Source of the DNA: Candidatus Sysuiplasmataceae archaeon
Lineage (GTDB): Archaea > Thermoplasmatota > Thermoplasmata > Sysuiplasmatales > Sysuiplasmataceae
Direction: 5' to 3'
DNA: 64,000 bases
Assembly (NCBI GenBank): GCA_046706185.1
Contig: JBJKPR010000056.1
Location: 11,094 to 75,093, forward strand
Below, piece after piece: positions 9,867-19,838 of the stretch. Each line of letters starts with the position of its first letter. Position 1 is the first letter of the stretch. The position numbers were made by a program, and so were the translations under genes. A model generated the notes under the pieces. That model saw only the letters and a program-made list of their open reading frames with translations, had not been told where the DNA came from and did no database searches.

Positions 9867-10922
9867 ATGAAAGACAGGGCAAAAGATGACGAAATACTAA
9901 GGCTGCTTCAGGATTCGGGCCTCACTGAGAATGAGGCGGCTGTCTACAAGTTCCTGGTCGAAAATGGGGGCGCAACAACAAAGGATCTTCTCAGGAAACT
10001 CAAGTTCAGGCAGCCACAGATTTACGACATTACAGCTGTCCTTGAAAGGAAGCACTTTCTGAATGTTCTGGAAAGCAGGCCGAAACGCTACCTGCCTGCC
10101 AACATGGAAGTAATACTGGACCAGAGGCTGAAGGACCTGAAAGACAACAGGGAGACACTGCTGAAATGGTCAGCTTCAAGTACTGGCGTAGAGACGAATC
10201 AGCCTGCGATGTGGCTCAGCAGGAACTGGGAGAGCTTCATCAACAATGCTGCAGAGATTGTCAGGAAGGCCAGGGACACACTATGCATCGAATCGACGCC
10301 TCCAATCATTAGGCAGCTTCAATCTGAACTGGGAGAGGGGCGAAGGAAAAGGGCCGACTCGGTGCTGCTTGTATACGGCATGTCGAGAAACAAGTATATG
10401 TCCGATTACCTGAAAAGCGACAAGAAGATATTCGATGAAATCAGGTACCTCAACCTTGGCCAATTCTTTGCTGTCATAGGCGATGCGGGAGGAGCGGCAT
10501 TCATGCCCAGGACAATCTCATTCAAGAATGCCGCGGAAAGATACGGCTATGTTTTCAGGGACAGCGATGTCGCATGGTTCCTGACGCACAATTTCTTCAA
10601 CGGCTGGTTCAAATCTGAAAGGCTGTATGCGAGACCGCTCGAGCTGCCGAAGAGGCATACAATGCAAAGGCTCGCGGTAAGTGACATGATACAGCTCAGG
10701 AGAGAAGACAGAAGCAAGAGACTGAACGTCACCGTTGAGGGCACTTCCAGGAAGGACGGTGAGAAGATCAATGTCACCGGGACGGTGACAGACATAATAG
10801 CCGCAGAAGACATAGTCAACTTCACCGTAGTATCAGATGGCAGAGAGTACGTAGTCGGCGGGTATGATGCCATAGTGGAAGATGTAGAAGCAGACTGGAT
10901 AGAAGTGAACAGCTTCTCCTGA
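9867..10922 (+). CDS. trmB: TrmB-family sugar-sensing transcriptional regulator
   Basis: GLTENEAAVY wHTH, RPKRY, C-terminal VGGYDAIVEDVEA sugar-binding motif, next to a sugar ABC operon. Confidence 0.9.
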   Translation: MKDRAKDDEILRLLQDSGLTENEAAVYKFLVENGGATTKDLLRKLKFRQPQIYDITAVLERKHFLNVLESRPKRYLPANMEVILDQRLKDLKDNRETLLKWSASSTGVETNQPAMWLSRNWESFINNAAEIVRKARDTLCIESTPPIIRQLQSELGEGRRKRADSVLLVYGMSRNKYMSDYLKSDKKIFDEIRYLNLGQFFAVIGDAGGAAFMPRTISFKNAAERYGYVFRDSDVAWFLTHNFFNGWFKSERLYARPLELPKRHTMQRLAVSDMIQLRREDRSKRLNVTVEGTSRKDGEKINVTGTVTDIIAAEDIVNFTVVSDGREYVVGGYDAIVEDVEADWIEVNSFS

Positions 10923-10936
10923 TTCACTTTCCGCCC

Positions 10937-12805
10937 CTACAGGCTTTCAGGACTACTGACAGTTATCTCTGCGCCGCCAGTTGTCCCTGCAGAGGCAACC
11001 ACGTCAAAGAGGGAACCGCGAACCTGGAGCCTCCGGATTGTGACGCATCCAACGGCAGGCTCCTTGAGCACCGGACTGCAGACAGGCAGTCCGTTCTCAA
11101 CCCTCAGGCCGACAAGACCGCGCAGGAGTGGATGTATGACCATGGCTGAAGACCATGCCTGAAGGTAGCACCCATCCGGACTCCCTGCAATCTCCGGAAT
11201 GGCACAGGGCATGAATTCGCCTACCCTGGCGATGTTGCGCATGTAGAAGCGTATGGAAGTGTCGATGTCGCCAAATGCTGCGGCGGCAATTGCCATCAGG
11301 CCGTTGAGAACGGGCATTGAGCTTGAGCCCTTCCCGTCGACCATCAGACCCTCCCCCGACTCCAGCATGCCAAGACCGCCATCCTCCGACACAAATCGCC
11401 TGTACTGTGACGCGCTTGCTATTCCTGCGGCAAACGGCGAGATAGAAGTCCAGTGTCCCTTGAAGACAGGAACGCCGTCGACGACTCTGTTGGCGAATGT
11501 TCCGAGTTCAGGCAGCCACATCTCCCTTTCGACGTAACGACGTGTTTCAGCTGAGAGCTTGTATATCTCATCCAGAGGTGCAGGGCTGACACGTTCCTCA
11601 GCCCCAAGAATGCGAAGAATTGCACTGAGAGACTGTGAACCTTCCACGAAGTGGCACATTGTATCTATCTCCTGAGCCCTTCCCCTCTCGCTGTCTTCCA
11701 TCGCCCCGGGCCCAACCATTTCCTGCGACACAACGTAGCGCAGAGCATTCAATGCATCACCAAGGTGCTCAATTGCGAAACGTTCGTCGCCTGTCCATTG
11801 CAGGTAACTGAGTAGAGCGGACGGGAACATTGCGCTTTCCTCGAGATCCCCCGGATTGTATACCCTGCCGTTCGTCACTATCTCATGAGGGATTCGGCCG
11901 CACTGCGCACGTGCATACCTTGCAAGCAGCTCCAGCGAGCCCCTGGCGCCATCGTGCTGACCTGTTTCAAGCATGGCATCGAGACAGTAAAAAGTGTCAA
12001 GCCCAAAGTACCATGGAAATTCGGGATGACCTGCCGTGATGCCGCGCCCGATGCCTGGCTGGTCATGCATCAGCCATGAAAGGTTGAGTTTTGACCAGTA
12101 GAACGCATCGTCTATCTCGCTGTTGCTGCAATCGAGCATTGTTGAAGACAGTACATCCAGATGAGTGCTGCGGGCTGATGAAACGATGGTTGCTGGAGAA
12201 TTAGGCTCTTCCGGGTTTTCCGTCGCGGTGATCAGCACAGCGCTCCCTTCCGAGAGGGGAGCGGACACTTTTCCCGGTAGGAGTGACAGGGTTGTGTTGA
12301 AGGGCAGCACACTGAATTTCAGCGCAGGATTTGAAAAGTCAATTGAGACGCGACGATCCGTCACATACGTGCTCCAGCTGGGCTCCCAGTCGCTGAACCA
12401 CACCGAAATCGGGCCAAGCTCGAGCTCAAGAACATACTGAGCCTGACCGCTGCAGCTGGACCTCAGCAGAATAAGATGGTCATCCGGCATCGACATTTCA
12501 ATGCTGCACCCTTCAAGACGGAAGATGCGGCTGTCCGGTCTGGTCTCGAATTGACTGACAACGGGGTGGATGCCATCCTTCAAAATGCGTATTGACTTCA
12601 GCAGCCTGACAGGCGGATACCAGAGACCATTCATTTCACCGGGACGGTGATATCCGAAGGAGCCGCTGGAGAGATCGGCAAGACCGGAATAATATCCCCT
12701 TGAATTCGATATTGAGAAACGACGCGGTCCGGGTGAACGCAGGACGTGAGAGCGGTAATCCTGTTCCGCATGTCCTCTGTCATCTCTGTGTAATGCTGAA
12801 GCCAT
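10937..12805 (-). CDS. Amylo-alpha-1,6-glucosidase/glycogen-debranching-like glycoside hydrolase
   Basis: AGHPEFPWYFGLD, GRIPHEI and QAWSS motifs of (alpha/alpha)6 GDE-like enzymes. Start uncertain. Confidence 0.8.
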   Translation of the reverse strand: MASALHRDDRGHAEQDYRSHVLRSPGPRRFSISNSRGYYSGLADLSSGSFGYHRPGEMNGLWYPPVRLLKSIRILKDGIHPVVSQFETRPDSRIFRLEGCSIEMSMPDDHLILLRSSCSGQAQYVLELELGPISVWFSDWEPSWSTYVTDRRVSIDFSNPALKFSVLPFNTTLSLLPGKVSAPLSEGSAVLITATENPEEPNSPATIVSSARSTHLDVLSSTMLDCSNSEIDDAFYWSKLNLSWLMHDQPGIGRGITAGHPEFPWYFGLDTFYCLDAMLETGQHDGARGSLELLARYARAQCGRIPHEIVTNGRVYNPGDLEESAMFPSALLSYLQWTGDERFAIEHLGDALNALRYVVSQEMVGPGAMEDSERGRAQEIDTMCHFVEGSQSLSAILRILGAEERVSPAPLDEIYKLSAETRRYVEREMWLPELGTFANRVVDGVPVFKGHWTSISPFAAGIASASQYRRFVSEDGGLGMLESGEGLMVDGKGSSSMPVLNGLMAIAAAAFGDIDTSIRFYMRNIARVGEFMPCAIPEIAGSPDGCYLQAWSSAMVIHPLLRGLVGLRVENGLPVCSPVLKEPAVGCVTIRRLQVRGSLFDVVASAGTTGGAEITVSSPESL

Positions 12806-14729
12806 CTGGTTTTACCCGTATATCGAAATGGAGGCCCTGATATTCTACATTGAGCATTTCCATGCTTTTCCATCCTTCGGGCAGCCTCGGCCTGCAGGAT
12901 GACAGTCCCTCCTTTCCGCTGTTGCCGTCAGGCTTCAGGCCGAAGAGAGCCTCAACGATGCACTGCACAAAGAGGGATGACGACCACCCCTGTGCGAACT
13001 GTCCTGTCGCCTGGACATATTCGGAATGGTAGACCTCGTTTATTCTGCCAGGATCGGGGCTCGAAAACGAAAGCATGGGAAAGGAACGAAGAGCGCTGAA
13101 CCCAATGTCAGGCATGTCGTTGTTGTATGCTGCGAGGACGAACCATCCGGTCATGAGAGGCCATACCTGGCCCGTGTGGTATCCCCTGTCATACATCGGA
13201 TCAAGAGATGACATGGATCGGATGCCCCATCGTACGAGCATGTCCTCCCCTGACAGAAAGCGGACAAGTTTCTCATATCTGCGCCCTCTCCCATACATGG
13301 CCGGTACAATCTCCATCGCGTTCTTTATTAGCCGCAGTTTGCCGTCCTTCTGTGAATCTATCACCTCAAACTGGTTATCATCTCCCTGGAAGAATACGCT
13401 GCTGAAGCTCGACATTGTCTTTCGCAGCAGCTCTACGTCGGAGCCGGTCATGACCGAGTACTCTTTCAGTGCCTCGAGCCACCATGCGTTCACATCAATG
13501 CAGGTGCCGTCTCTCCTGTCGGCCCACGACTCCGGCCAGCCGATAAGCCCCTCGGAAAACCTGTTCTCCATGAGACCGTCGCCGTCCCTGTCACATGATT
13601 TGCAGAACTCAATTGCACTCCTGATATCGGAGAGAGGCGGAGGAATTCCCGTCCATCGGGAAATGTTCAATTCAGCGAGGACCCAGAGCGGAGTACTGTC
13701 TATTGACATGTATTTTGTCTCCAGCTCATGCCCGCCCAGCTTGTAGGTGCCGTTGTTTCCACTGTCTTCTATCAGGGGCAGCTCATGCGGCATTCTTCCA
13801 TCCCGTGATGCAAGGTGCAGCGTCCTGAGATGCTCCCTTGCGAACTCGTGCAGCCCGCATTCGGCAGCTGCCATGCTCATCCACTCCCCGTCGCGACCGA
13901 AGAACCATGAAAACTCGGGGAACCCGGCGTAAAAACCGTTTCCGATCTCTGTTTCGCTGTAGAATTCAAGCAAATCATGCTTTGCCCAGAAGAAGGCCTT
14001 GTTGAACATGAAGTCTGGAGTTTTCAGAACACACATCTCAGATATCCTGCTGTGATAGCCCGCCTGTTTCTTCAGGTCAAAGTCACCTTCTGTTGAACTG
14101 CCGTCACATACAAACAGTATTGCTTCAGTGCATTGCGGGAAGGTAACGGTTACGTTCCTCCCGTCGAAAGTCACTCCTGCGTCTTTTCCCCTTGCTGCAA
14201 GCCTCGTCGAAGAAAGACTGCTTTTTACAATATAGGATGAGCCGTCCCTCACTAGTTCATAATTCTCTGCCGTTTCCTCTACTGGCCACATTGTTGCATG
14301 GCTTGCCTGTAGCCTGAATATGACATCGTGCGACCCATCTGATTTGACTGCAATGCAGAGGCCGGGGATATCAAACTGTACGAAATCGATTCGTTCCACA
14401 TTATCGTATTCCCTGTAGGTGTAGTGTGGCCTTCTCACATATTTCCTGAACATGGCATCAGAGTGCTTGTCGTCAATCTGCATTGTCAGGGAAGCAAAGT
14501 GTTGCCTTCCTCCTTCCCAGAAGCCTGTTCTGAACCTCCCGGATGGGGCTGTTGACATGTTTCCGTTCTGAAGAACAATCAGGTGCGCCTTCTTTCCCTT
14601 TATCAGGGAAAGATTGTCAGGGCCGAAACCGACCGCCCCCCGAAGCACGACCCATGCGTCCATTCGTCTTCTGTTGTCACGTCCACTGATGCCCCTGCAA
14701 GCATTGAACTCGTTTTCAGGAAAATCCAA
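12780..14729 (-). CDS. Amylo-alpha-1,6-glucosidase/glycogen-debranching-like glycoside hydrolase
   Basis: AGFPEFSWFFGRD, GRMPHE, SIDSTPLW, YHTGQVWP, QGWSS. True start may be the later MDAWVV. Confidence 0.85.
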   Translation of the reverse strand: MDFPENEFNACRGISGRDNRRRMDAWVVLRGAVGFGPDNLSLIKGKKAHLIVLQNGNMSTAPSGRFRTGFWEGGRQHFASLTMQIDDKHSDAMFRKYVRRPHYTYREYDNVERIDFVQFDIPGLCIAVKSDGSHDVIFRLQASHATMWPVEETAENYELVRDGSSYIVKSSLSSTRLAARGKDAGVTFDGRNVTVTFPQCTEAILFVCDGSSTEGDFDLKKQAGYHSRISEMCVLKTPDFMFNKAFFWAKHDLLEFYSETEIGNGFYAGFPEFSWFFGRDGEWMSMAAAECGLHEFAREHLRTLHLASRDGRMPHELPLIEDSGNNGTYKLGGHELETKYMSIDSTPLWVLAELNISRWTGIPPPLSDIRSAIEFCKSCDRDGDGLMENRFSEGLIGWPESWADRRDGTCIDVNAWWLEALKEYSVMTGSDVELLRKTMSSFSSVFFQGDDNQFEVIDSQKDGKLRLIKNAMEIVPAMYGRGRRYEKLVRFLSGEDMLVRWGIRSMSSLDPMYDRGYHTGQVWPLMTGWFVLAAYNNDMPDIGFSALRSFPMLSFSSPDPGRINEVYHSEYVQATGQFAQGWSSSLFVQCIVEALFGLKPDGNSGKEGLSSCRPRLPEGWKSMEMLNVEYQGLHFDIRVKPDGFSITQR

Positions 14730-14759
14730 CAGGAAGCACCTCCAATGATGGCATAGCAG

Positions 14760-15875
14760 TCATGTAATCACTCCATCCGCGTCTGTCCTTATCCTTTCGC
14801 CGCTCACAGGATCAAAAACAAAAAGCCTTTCCCTGACAAGTGAAAAACGGACTTTCTCTCCCTGCCCTGATTCCAGAAGGTGTTCGTTGCTGCTTGCTCT
14901 CAGCAACCTTGCCACACAATTCTTGCTCCCTATGCCGAAGTGTACATTCATCTCCGCTCCGAGAAGTTCGGCGTAACTGAGCCTCCCTTCAATCTTCCCC
15001 GCTTCATCGACCTCTAGATCGGTTGGTCTGAAACCTAACATGACAGAAGCGGGAAGATTTCCTTTTGCTGATTCTATGATCAGGTCCCCCCCGTCAGAGT
15101 CTTCGAAGGAGGCAGCATAGGCGCCCGGTCTTTCCTTTGCCAGTCTCGCAGGAACCAGATTCATCGGAGGATTGCCTAAGAACCCTGCGACAAACATGTG
15201 TGCAGGATCATCAAAAAGCTCCTTTGGCCTGGCAACCTGTATCACTTTTCCGCCGTTCATAACCACAATTCTGTCTCCGAGAGTCATGGCCTCAATCTGA
15301 TCGTGTGTGACATAGATTATTGACTTTTTGGTCAGTCGCTGGAACCGTTTCATCTCGTCACGCATCTCATTCCTGAGCTTCGCATCCAGGTTGGACAGAG
15401 GCTCATCCATCAGGAAGGCCGACGGTTCTCTGACCATTGCTCTGGCGAGACCGACCCTCTGCGCCTGGCCTCCTGACAGTTGCCTTGGTCGCTTGTTGAG
15501 CAGTTCGGATATCTGGAGGACCGAAGCCACTTCCCTTACTTTCCTGTCTATAACCTCTTTTGGAAGCTTTTTCATCTTCATGTTCAGAGCAATGTTGTCA
15601 TATACTGTCATGTGAGGGTAAAGCGCATAGTTCTGGAATACCATTGAAATGTTCCTGTCCGAAGGGTAGACACCGTTCATCCTCTTGCCATCGATGTAGA
15701 CCTCCCCCGATGTAGGCTCAAGAAGCCCTGCAATGCATCTGAGTGCGGTCGTTTTGCCGCACCCTGAAGGACCAAGTATTACCAGAAACTCGCCGGATTC
15801 AGCACTGAAGCTAATCCCTTTCAGTGCCTGAACCTGCCCAAAAGAGACCCTGAGATCCTTGATTTCGACGCTCAT
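14760..15875 (-). CDS. Sugar ABC transporter ATP-binding protein (MalK/MsmK-like)
   Basis: GPSGCGKT, VFQNYALYPHM, LSGGQ, DEPLSNLDAKLR, YVTHDQ. Confidence 0.95.
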   Translation of the reverse strand: MSVEIKDLRVSFGQVQALKGISFSAESGEFLVILGPSGCGKTTALRCIAGLLEPTSGEVYIDGKRMNGVYPSDRNISMVFQNYALYPHMTVYDNIALNMKMKKLPKEVIDRKVREVASVLQISELLNKRPRQLSGGQAQRVGLARAMVREPSAFLMDEPLSNLDAKLRNEMRDEMKRFQRLTKKSIIYVTHDQIEAMTLGDRIVVMNGGKVIQVARPKELFDDPAHMFVAGFLGNPPMNLVPARLAKERPGAYAASFEDSDGGDLIIESAKGNLPASVMLGFRPTDLEVDEAGKIEGRLSYAELLGAEMNVHFGIGSKNCVARLLRASSNEHLLESGQGEKVRFSLVRERLFVFDPVSGERIRTDADGVIT

Positions 15876-15877
15876 GC

Positions 15878-16855
15878 CTACCCCTTTATTCCTGAAGAGA
15901 GAGCAATGCCCCTGACAAAATACCGTTCAAACACGAGGTAAATGACGAAAGTGGGCAGAAGAGAAAGCATGGTCGCCATCATCATCTGCGTCCAGATGAT
16001 CTGTGTGCCGTTGGCTCCTTTGAAAAGCGACAGTGCAACAGGGAGTGTCCACATGTTTGAGCTAGATGTATCCCACAAGGGCCAGAGAAAGTTGTTCCAC
16101 GACCCTATGAATGTGAGTATTGCGCTCGCTGCAAAGGCGGGCCTGGCCAGCGGAGCCGAAATCTTTGCGAATATCTGGAACGGCCTGAGACCGTCGATCT
16201 TGGCCGCGTCCTCTATTTCAGACGGTATTGTCTGAAAGTACTGCCTGAAAAGGAAGACGCTCACAGCGCTTGCAATCTGTGGCAGTATGAGGCTCTGGTA
16301 GGTGTTAACCCACGCTATGTCTACCATGAAGATGTATTCAGCTATAGTAATGACAGGGAATGGTATCATGAGAGTTGCAAGAACAACGTAGAAGAGTAAT
16401 TCCCTTCCCCTGAAGTGCAGGCGTGCAAAGGCATACCCCGAAAGTGAACCAATTGTGACGCTCCCAGCAACGACTGCAAACGCGACGACCACGCTGTTGA
16501 AATACCAAAGCGGAAAGGACGATACACCGTAGTTCCACACAGTGTTGAACGTTGACATGAAATAGGCAATAGAGGTGCCTGAGACGGGGTCAAGATTTGT
16601 TGGAAATTCAGCGAATGCGCTAAAACGGAAAGTCTTAAGAACCATCCAGTAAAAAGGGACAATGTATATCACGACAACAATGAGCATCAGAAGCTGAATG
16701 AGTAAGCCCCTTATCCTTCCCATTCGGAATATTGCCGGAACACTCGCATCATCTTCGACTTCGCCGCGTGTGAACCTACGCAAAACAGAACCGGCATTTC
16801 TGGTTAAGCGACCTTCCTCGCCAACCGTGCTTGGGGTATCATCCACCGTTACCAC
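15878..16855 (-). CDS. Carbohydrate ABC permease (MalG-like)
   Basis: GYAFARLHFRGR and EAA-loop EIEDAAKIDG. Confidence 0.93.
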   Translation of the reverse strand: MVTVDDTPSTVGEEGRLTRNAGSVLRRFTRGEVEDDASVPAIFRMGRIRGLLIQLLMLIVVVIYIVPFYWMVLKTFRFSAFAEFPTNLDPVSGTSIAYFMSTFNTVWNYGVSSFPLWYFNSVVVAFAVVAGSVTIGSLSGYAFARLHFRGRELLFYVVLATLMIPFPVITIAEYIFMVDIAWVNTYQSLILPQIASAVSVFLFRQYFQTIPSEIEDAAKIDGLRPFQIFAKISAPLARPAFAASAILTFIGSWNNFLWPLWDTSSSNMWTLPVALSLFKGANGTQIIWTQMMMATMLSLLPTFVIYLVFERYFVRGIALSSGIKG

Positions 16856-16948
16856 TCCCTTGCCTGCATGTCTCCATGTCCCCGGACCGCTGCTTTCTTG
16901 GCGGCGGTGACAAGCGGGGCACCGCCCTTCCGACAGCTGACCTGCCTG

Positions 16949-17881
16949 TCACGTCCATGCAAGATCCCTCAGGAAGTTTCTCTGTGTAATTGTCAGGACC
17001 ATGATAATAGCGAAAATTATAAACGATGCGCCCGCAGCGAGACCCTGCGCAGAACCCTGGTTGTTAAACGCGTAGTTGTAGATAAGCATTAGAGGAACCA
17101 GTGTAGCGTTGGCGGGTCCGCCCAGCGTCATGACATATACCTGATCAAAAAGCTGGATGCACCCTATGAGACCAAGGAGGACAACAAGCGTGGTGGTGAA
17201 TTTGAGCAGGGGGAAATAGATATATCTGAACCTGTGCCAGCTCGACCGGACACCGTCCAGGCTTGCTGCCTCGAGTACTGAGTTGGGTATTGCCTGGATT
17301 CCGGCCATGTAGAAGAGCATGAAATAAGGGGCGGTGGAATAGATGTTGAGTGCCATGATTGCAGGAAATGCAAGTGTTGTATTGTAGAGGTAATTGAGAT
17401 TGTGAGGAAGGCCAAGGTAGAGCAGTAACGTGTTTGCCAGGCCCGAAGGCGAGAATACCCAGATGAAAATGAGGGACATGGCCACTGGCGATGATATGGC
17501 AGGGAGGTACACAAGTGCCCTTCCTATCCTGGATGCAGGCAACCTGTTGTTGAACAACAGGGCGAGGAAGAACCCCAGGAAGGTCTGAGCTGTGACAACC
17601 ACTGCAGTATAGTAGAAGACATTGGCGATGGAATAGAGGAAGAGGCCGTTGTTTATCACCCGCACGTAGTTGCTGAAACCAACAAAGTACACTGAATGGC
17701 CAAACGGGTCGTAATGGAAAAGACTGATGTAAAAGGAGAAGAAAGCTGGAAAGAAGGTAAATACAATCAAAAAAGCAAAGAGTGGAGCAATGAACAGGTA
17801 TCCTGCCCTGCTCTCAACTCTCTGGTTAAGGCTCTTATACTGTTTCTGGCGCATCAGGTCTGCGAACACGGTACATGCCAC
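16949..17881 (-). CDS. Carbohydrate ABC permease (MalF-like)
   Basis: GYLFIAP, FVGFSNY, LEAASLDG, QLFDQVYVMTLGGP. Confidence 0.93.
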   Translation of the reverse strand: MACTVFADLMRQKQYKSLNQRVESRAGYLFIAPLFAFLIVFTFFPAFFSFYISLFHYDPFGHSVYFVGFSNYVRVINNGLFLYSIANVFYYTAVVVTAQTFLGFFLALLFNNRLPASRIGRALVYLPAISSPVAMSLIFIWVFSPSGLANTLLLYLGLPHNLNYLYNTTLAFPAIMALNIYSTAPYFMLFYMAGIQAIPNSVLEAASLDGVRSSWHRFRYIYFPLLKFTTTLVVLLGLIGCIQLFDQVYVMTLGGPANATLVPLMLIYNYAFNNQGSAQGLAAGASFIIFAIIMVLTITQRNFLRDLAWT

Positions 17882-17926
17882 CGCTCCTCTGACTCAAGTC
17901 ACTGGCTGCATTACTCCATCCACGGT

Positions 17927-19243
17927 TCACAGAGATGATGAACCTGCCAGTGTGCTATTCGTCTCTGACAGTATCTGCTGATATGCCTGAACAGGCGTCG
18001 CCTTGCCCGCAAACAAATTGGCGATTATCGTTTCGGCATTGCTCTCTGCTGCGGTGAAGTTTGTTGTATTATATGCCCAGCCATAGGTGTACGATGCCTG
18101 TGATGATCCGGCGTAGGCAAGTATGGGATGCGCTGCTGCGTACGAGCTGCTATCAAGTATGCTTGTCCTGGCAGGGAGCGCAAGACCAAGGCTCACCCAT
18201 GACTGCTCTCCCGAGGGGCCGGTGAAGTACTCCAGGAACTGAAGGGCGATCCACTTCTGCAGACCGGTCAGTTTGCTGTTAAGTGCAAGGCCGACGTCGA
18301 AACCCATCGTGCCGTTCTGAACATCAGATGGCATGTGGAAGTAGCCAATTTCCGAGCTCCTGTTCTGGAACCACGAACCGTTCAGGGACAGCACCGGGAC
18401 CGTCCAGCCGCCGCTGTAAATCATAGCTACCTTTCCTGTCGCAAAGTCGCCGCCGGCCCAGCCGGCAGAAAGGTTGGCAGACAGGGCAGCATACCCTTTG
18501 GTGTAGAGGCTGTAGTAGAACTTTATTGCCGAAAGCAGTCCTCCATTGTTTGAAGCTGCGCCAGTTCCATTCTGATTGATCCATTCAGCGCCTGCCTCAT
18601 GCATCAGAGGAAGCACCCTTGCAAATGATGTGTCAACTACCATCGGGTAATACCCACTCCCGCCGTTTGGAAGCACGCTCTGGTTTGCCTTAAGCTGCTG
18701 TAGGGTGGATTCCATGGTAGTCCAGTTCCAGGCGGTCAGGTTGTTGGGGTAAGGGACATGCTCCTGGTTGAATATCGCCTTGTTGTAGTATACGAACAGG
18801 GGTCCCCAGTCCTTGGGGGCGGCGTAAACGCTACCCTTGTAGTAGAATGTATGAAGTATGGTCGGCACAAAGCCGGAAAGGTCATAGGAGGTGTTGGCAG
18901 TCAGATAGGGCGTCAGGTCCATTATGTATCCGTTCTTGGCATAAGCAGGCAGTGCATCGTTCTCCATATAGAATACCGCGGGTGCCGTGTTAGCTGTGAA
19001 CTTGGTTGAAAGTGTCGAGTAGTAGTTGCCGGTGATTGGACTGAACTCAACAGTCACATTTGGATGTAATGCGTTGAATTGGTCCACCATTTTCTTGTCA
19101 AATGTGTACTCTGCGCCGCTCGAGACCCAGCCTGAAAAAACGATTGAAGGCTTCTTAGACTGAGTAAGGTACACCACAGTCGCTGCGCCTGCCACTACCA
19201 CAACAATAACAATAGCAATAACTGCAATGGTCTTTCCCTTCAT
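17927..19243 (-). CDS. Sugar ABC substrate-binding protein
   Basis: N-terminal hydrophobic anchor, YYNKAIF, FATGKVAM; many N-x-S/T sequons. Confidence 0.92.
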   Translation of the reverse strand: MKGKTIAVIAIVIVVVVAGAATVVYLTQSKKPSIVFSGWVSSGAEYTFDKKMVDQFNALHPNVTVEFSPITGNYYSTLSTKFTANTAPAVFYMENDALPAYAKNGYIMDLTPYLTANTSYDLSGFVPTILHTFYYKGSVYAAPKDWGPLFVYYNKAIFNQEHVPYPNNLTAWNWTTMESTLQQLKANQSVLPNGGSGYYPMVVDTSFARVLPLMHEAGAEWINQNGTGAASNNGGLLSAIKFYYSLYTKGYAALSANLSAGWAGGDFATGKVAMIYSGGWTVPVLSLNGSWFQNRSSEIGYFHMPSDVQNGTMGFDVGLALNSKLTGLQKWIALQFLEYFTGPSGEQSWVSLGLALPARTSILDSSSYAAAHPILAYAGSSQASYTYGWAYNTTNFTAAESNAETIIANLFAGKATPVQAYQQILSETNSTLAGSSSL

Positions 19244-19259
19244 TTTCCTCTCCTCATAG

Positions 19260-19281
19260 TATACTAACGCTGATTAGTATA
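19260..19281. promoter_or_regulatory. Palindromic operator candidate for the sugar operon
   Basis: TATACTAA-cgctga-TTAGTATA perfect 8-bp dyad between the minus-strand TATA (TTTATAGA, ~19303-19310) and the SD/ATG at 19243. Confidence 0.6.
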
Positions 19282-19838
19282 TCGCCCTCAAAACGCAATG
19301 TTTCTATAAATAGCTTCGCAAACGTCAGAGAAGCCGATCGCGTTATCGACAGTACACAGGCAGGAACAGTACGCAGGCAGTACACATGATCATATATGGG
19401 ATCTGCATGCGACCCATGCGATCGCTGCCGTTGTGAGCGTACTACGGATCAGTTGAGGATCAGTTGCCCATTCGCCCTTGTTGTTCATGGATATTCAGGA
19501 GGGTATCACAGGCAGAGGACTTCTTGGCGTCTCCCTCTGTGTGCCTGTGACGTTCAATGGTATGCTTCAGCCAAATCCGTGACAAACGTTGCACAGTTTG
19601 CATTTTCGTTGCTCAACCAAGTCGATCAAAGGTCATGGCATAGTATTGCCTGAGAAATCAAGTCAGGCGTTGCGCAAGACTGTGTTCATTCGGACGCAAC
19701 CATAATGCCATTGCAGTTTGTACGAAATTAGGTTCGGCCAACAAGGAATATGCGGGGCCGTTCTTACTGCCCATTATTTGACTTGTTACTGTAATGAGAA
19801 TATCGCAATATAAACAAACTGCACAATCCTGTCCTCAT

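Noticed and set aside
16856..16948. Intra-operon gap with a GGCGGTG/CACCGCC stem
   Set aside because: Single 7-bp stem in GC-rich DNA; at most an mRNA stability element.
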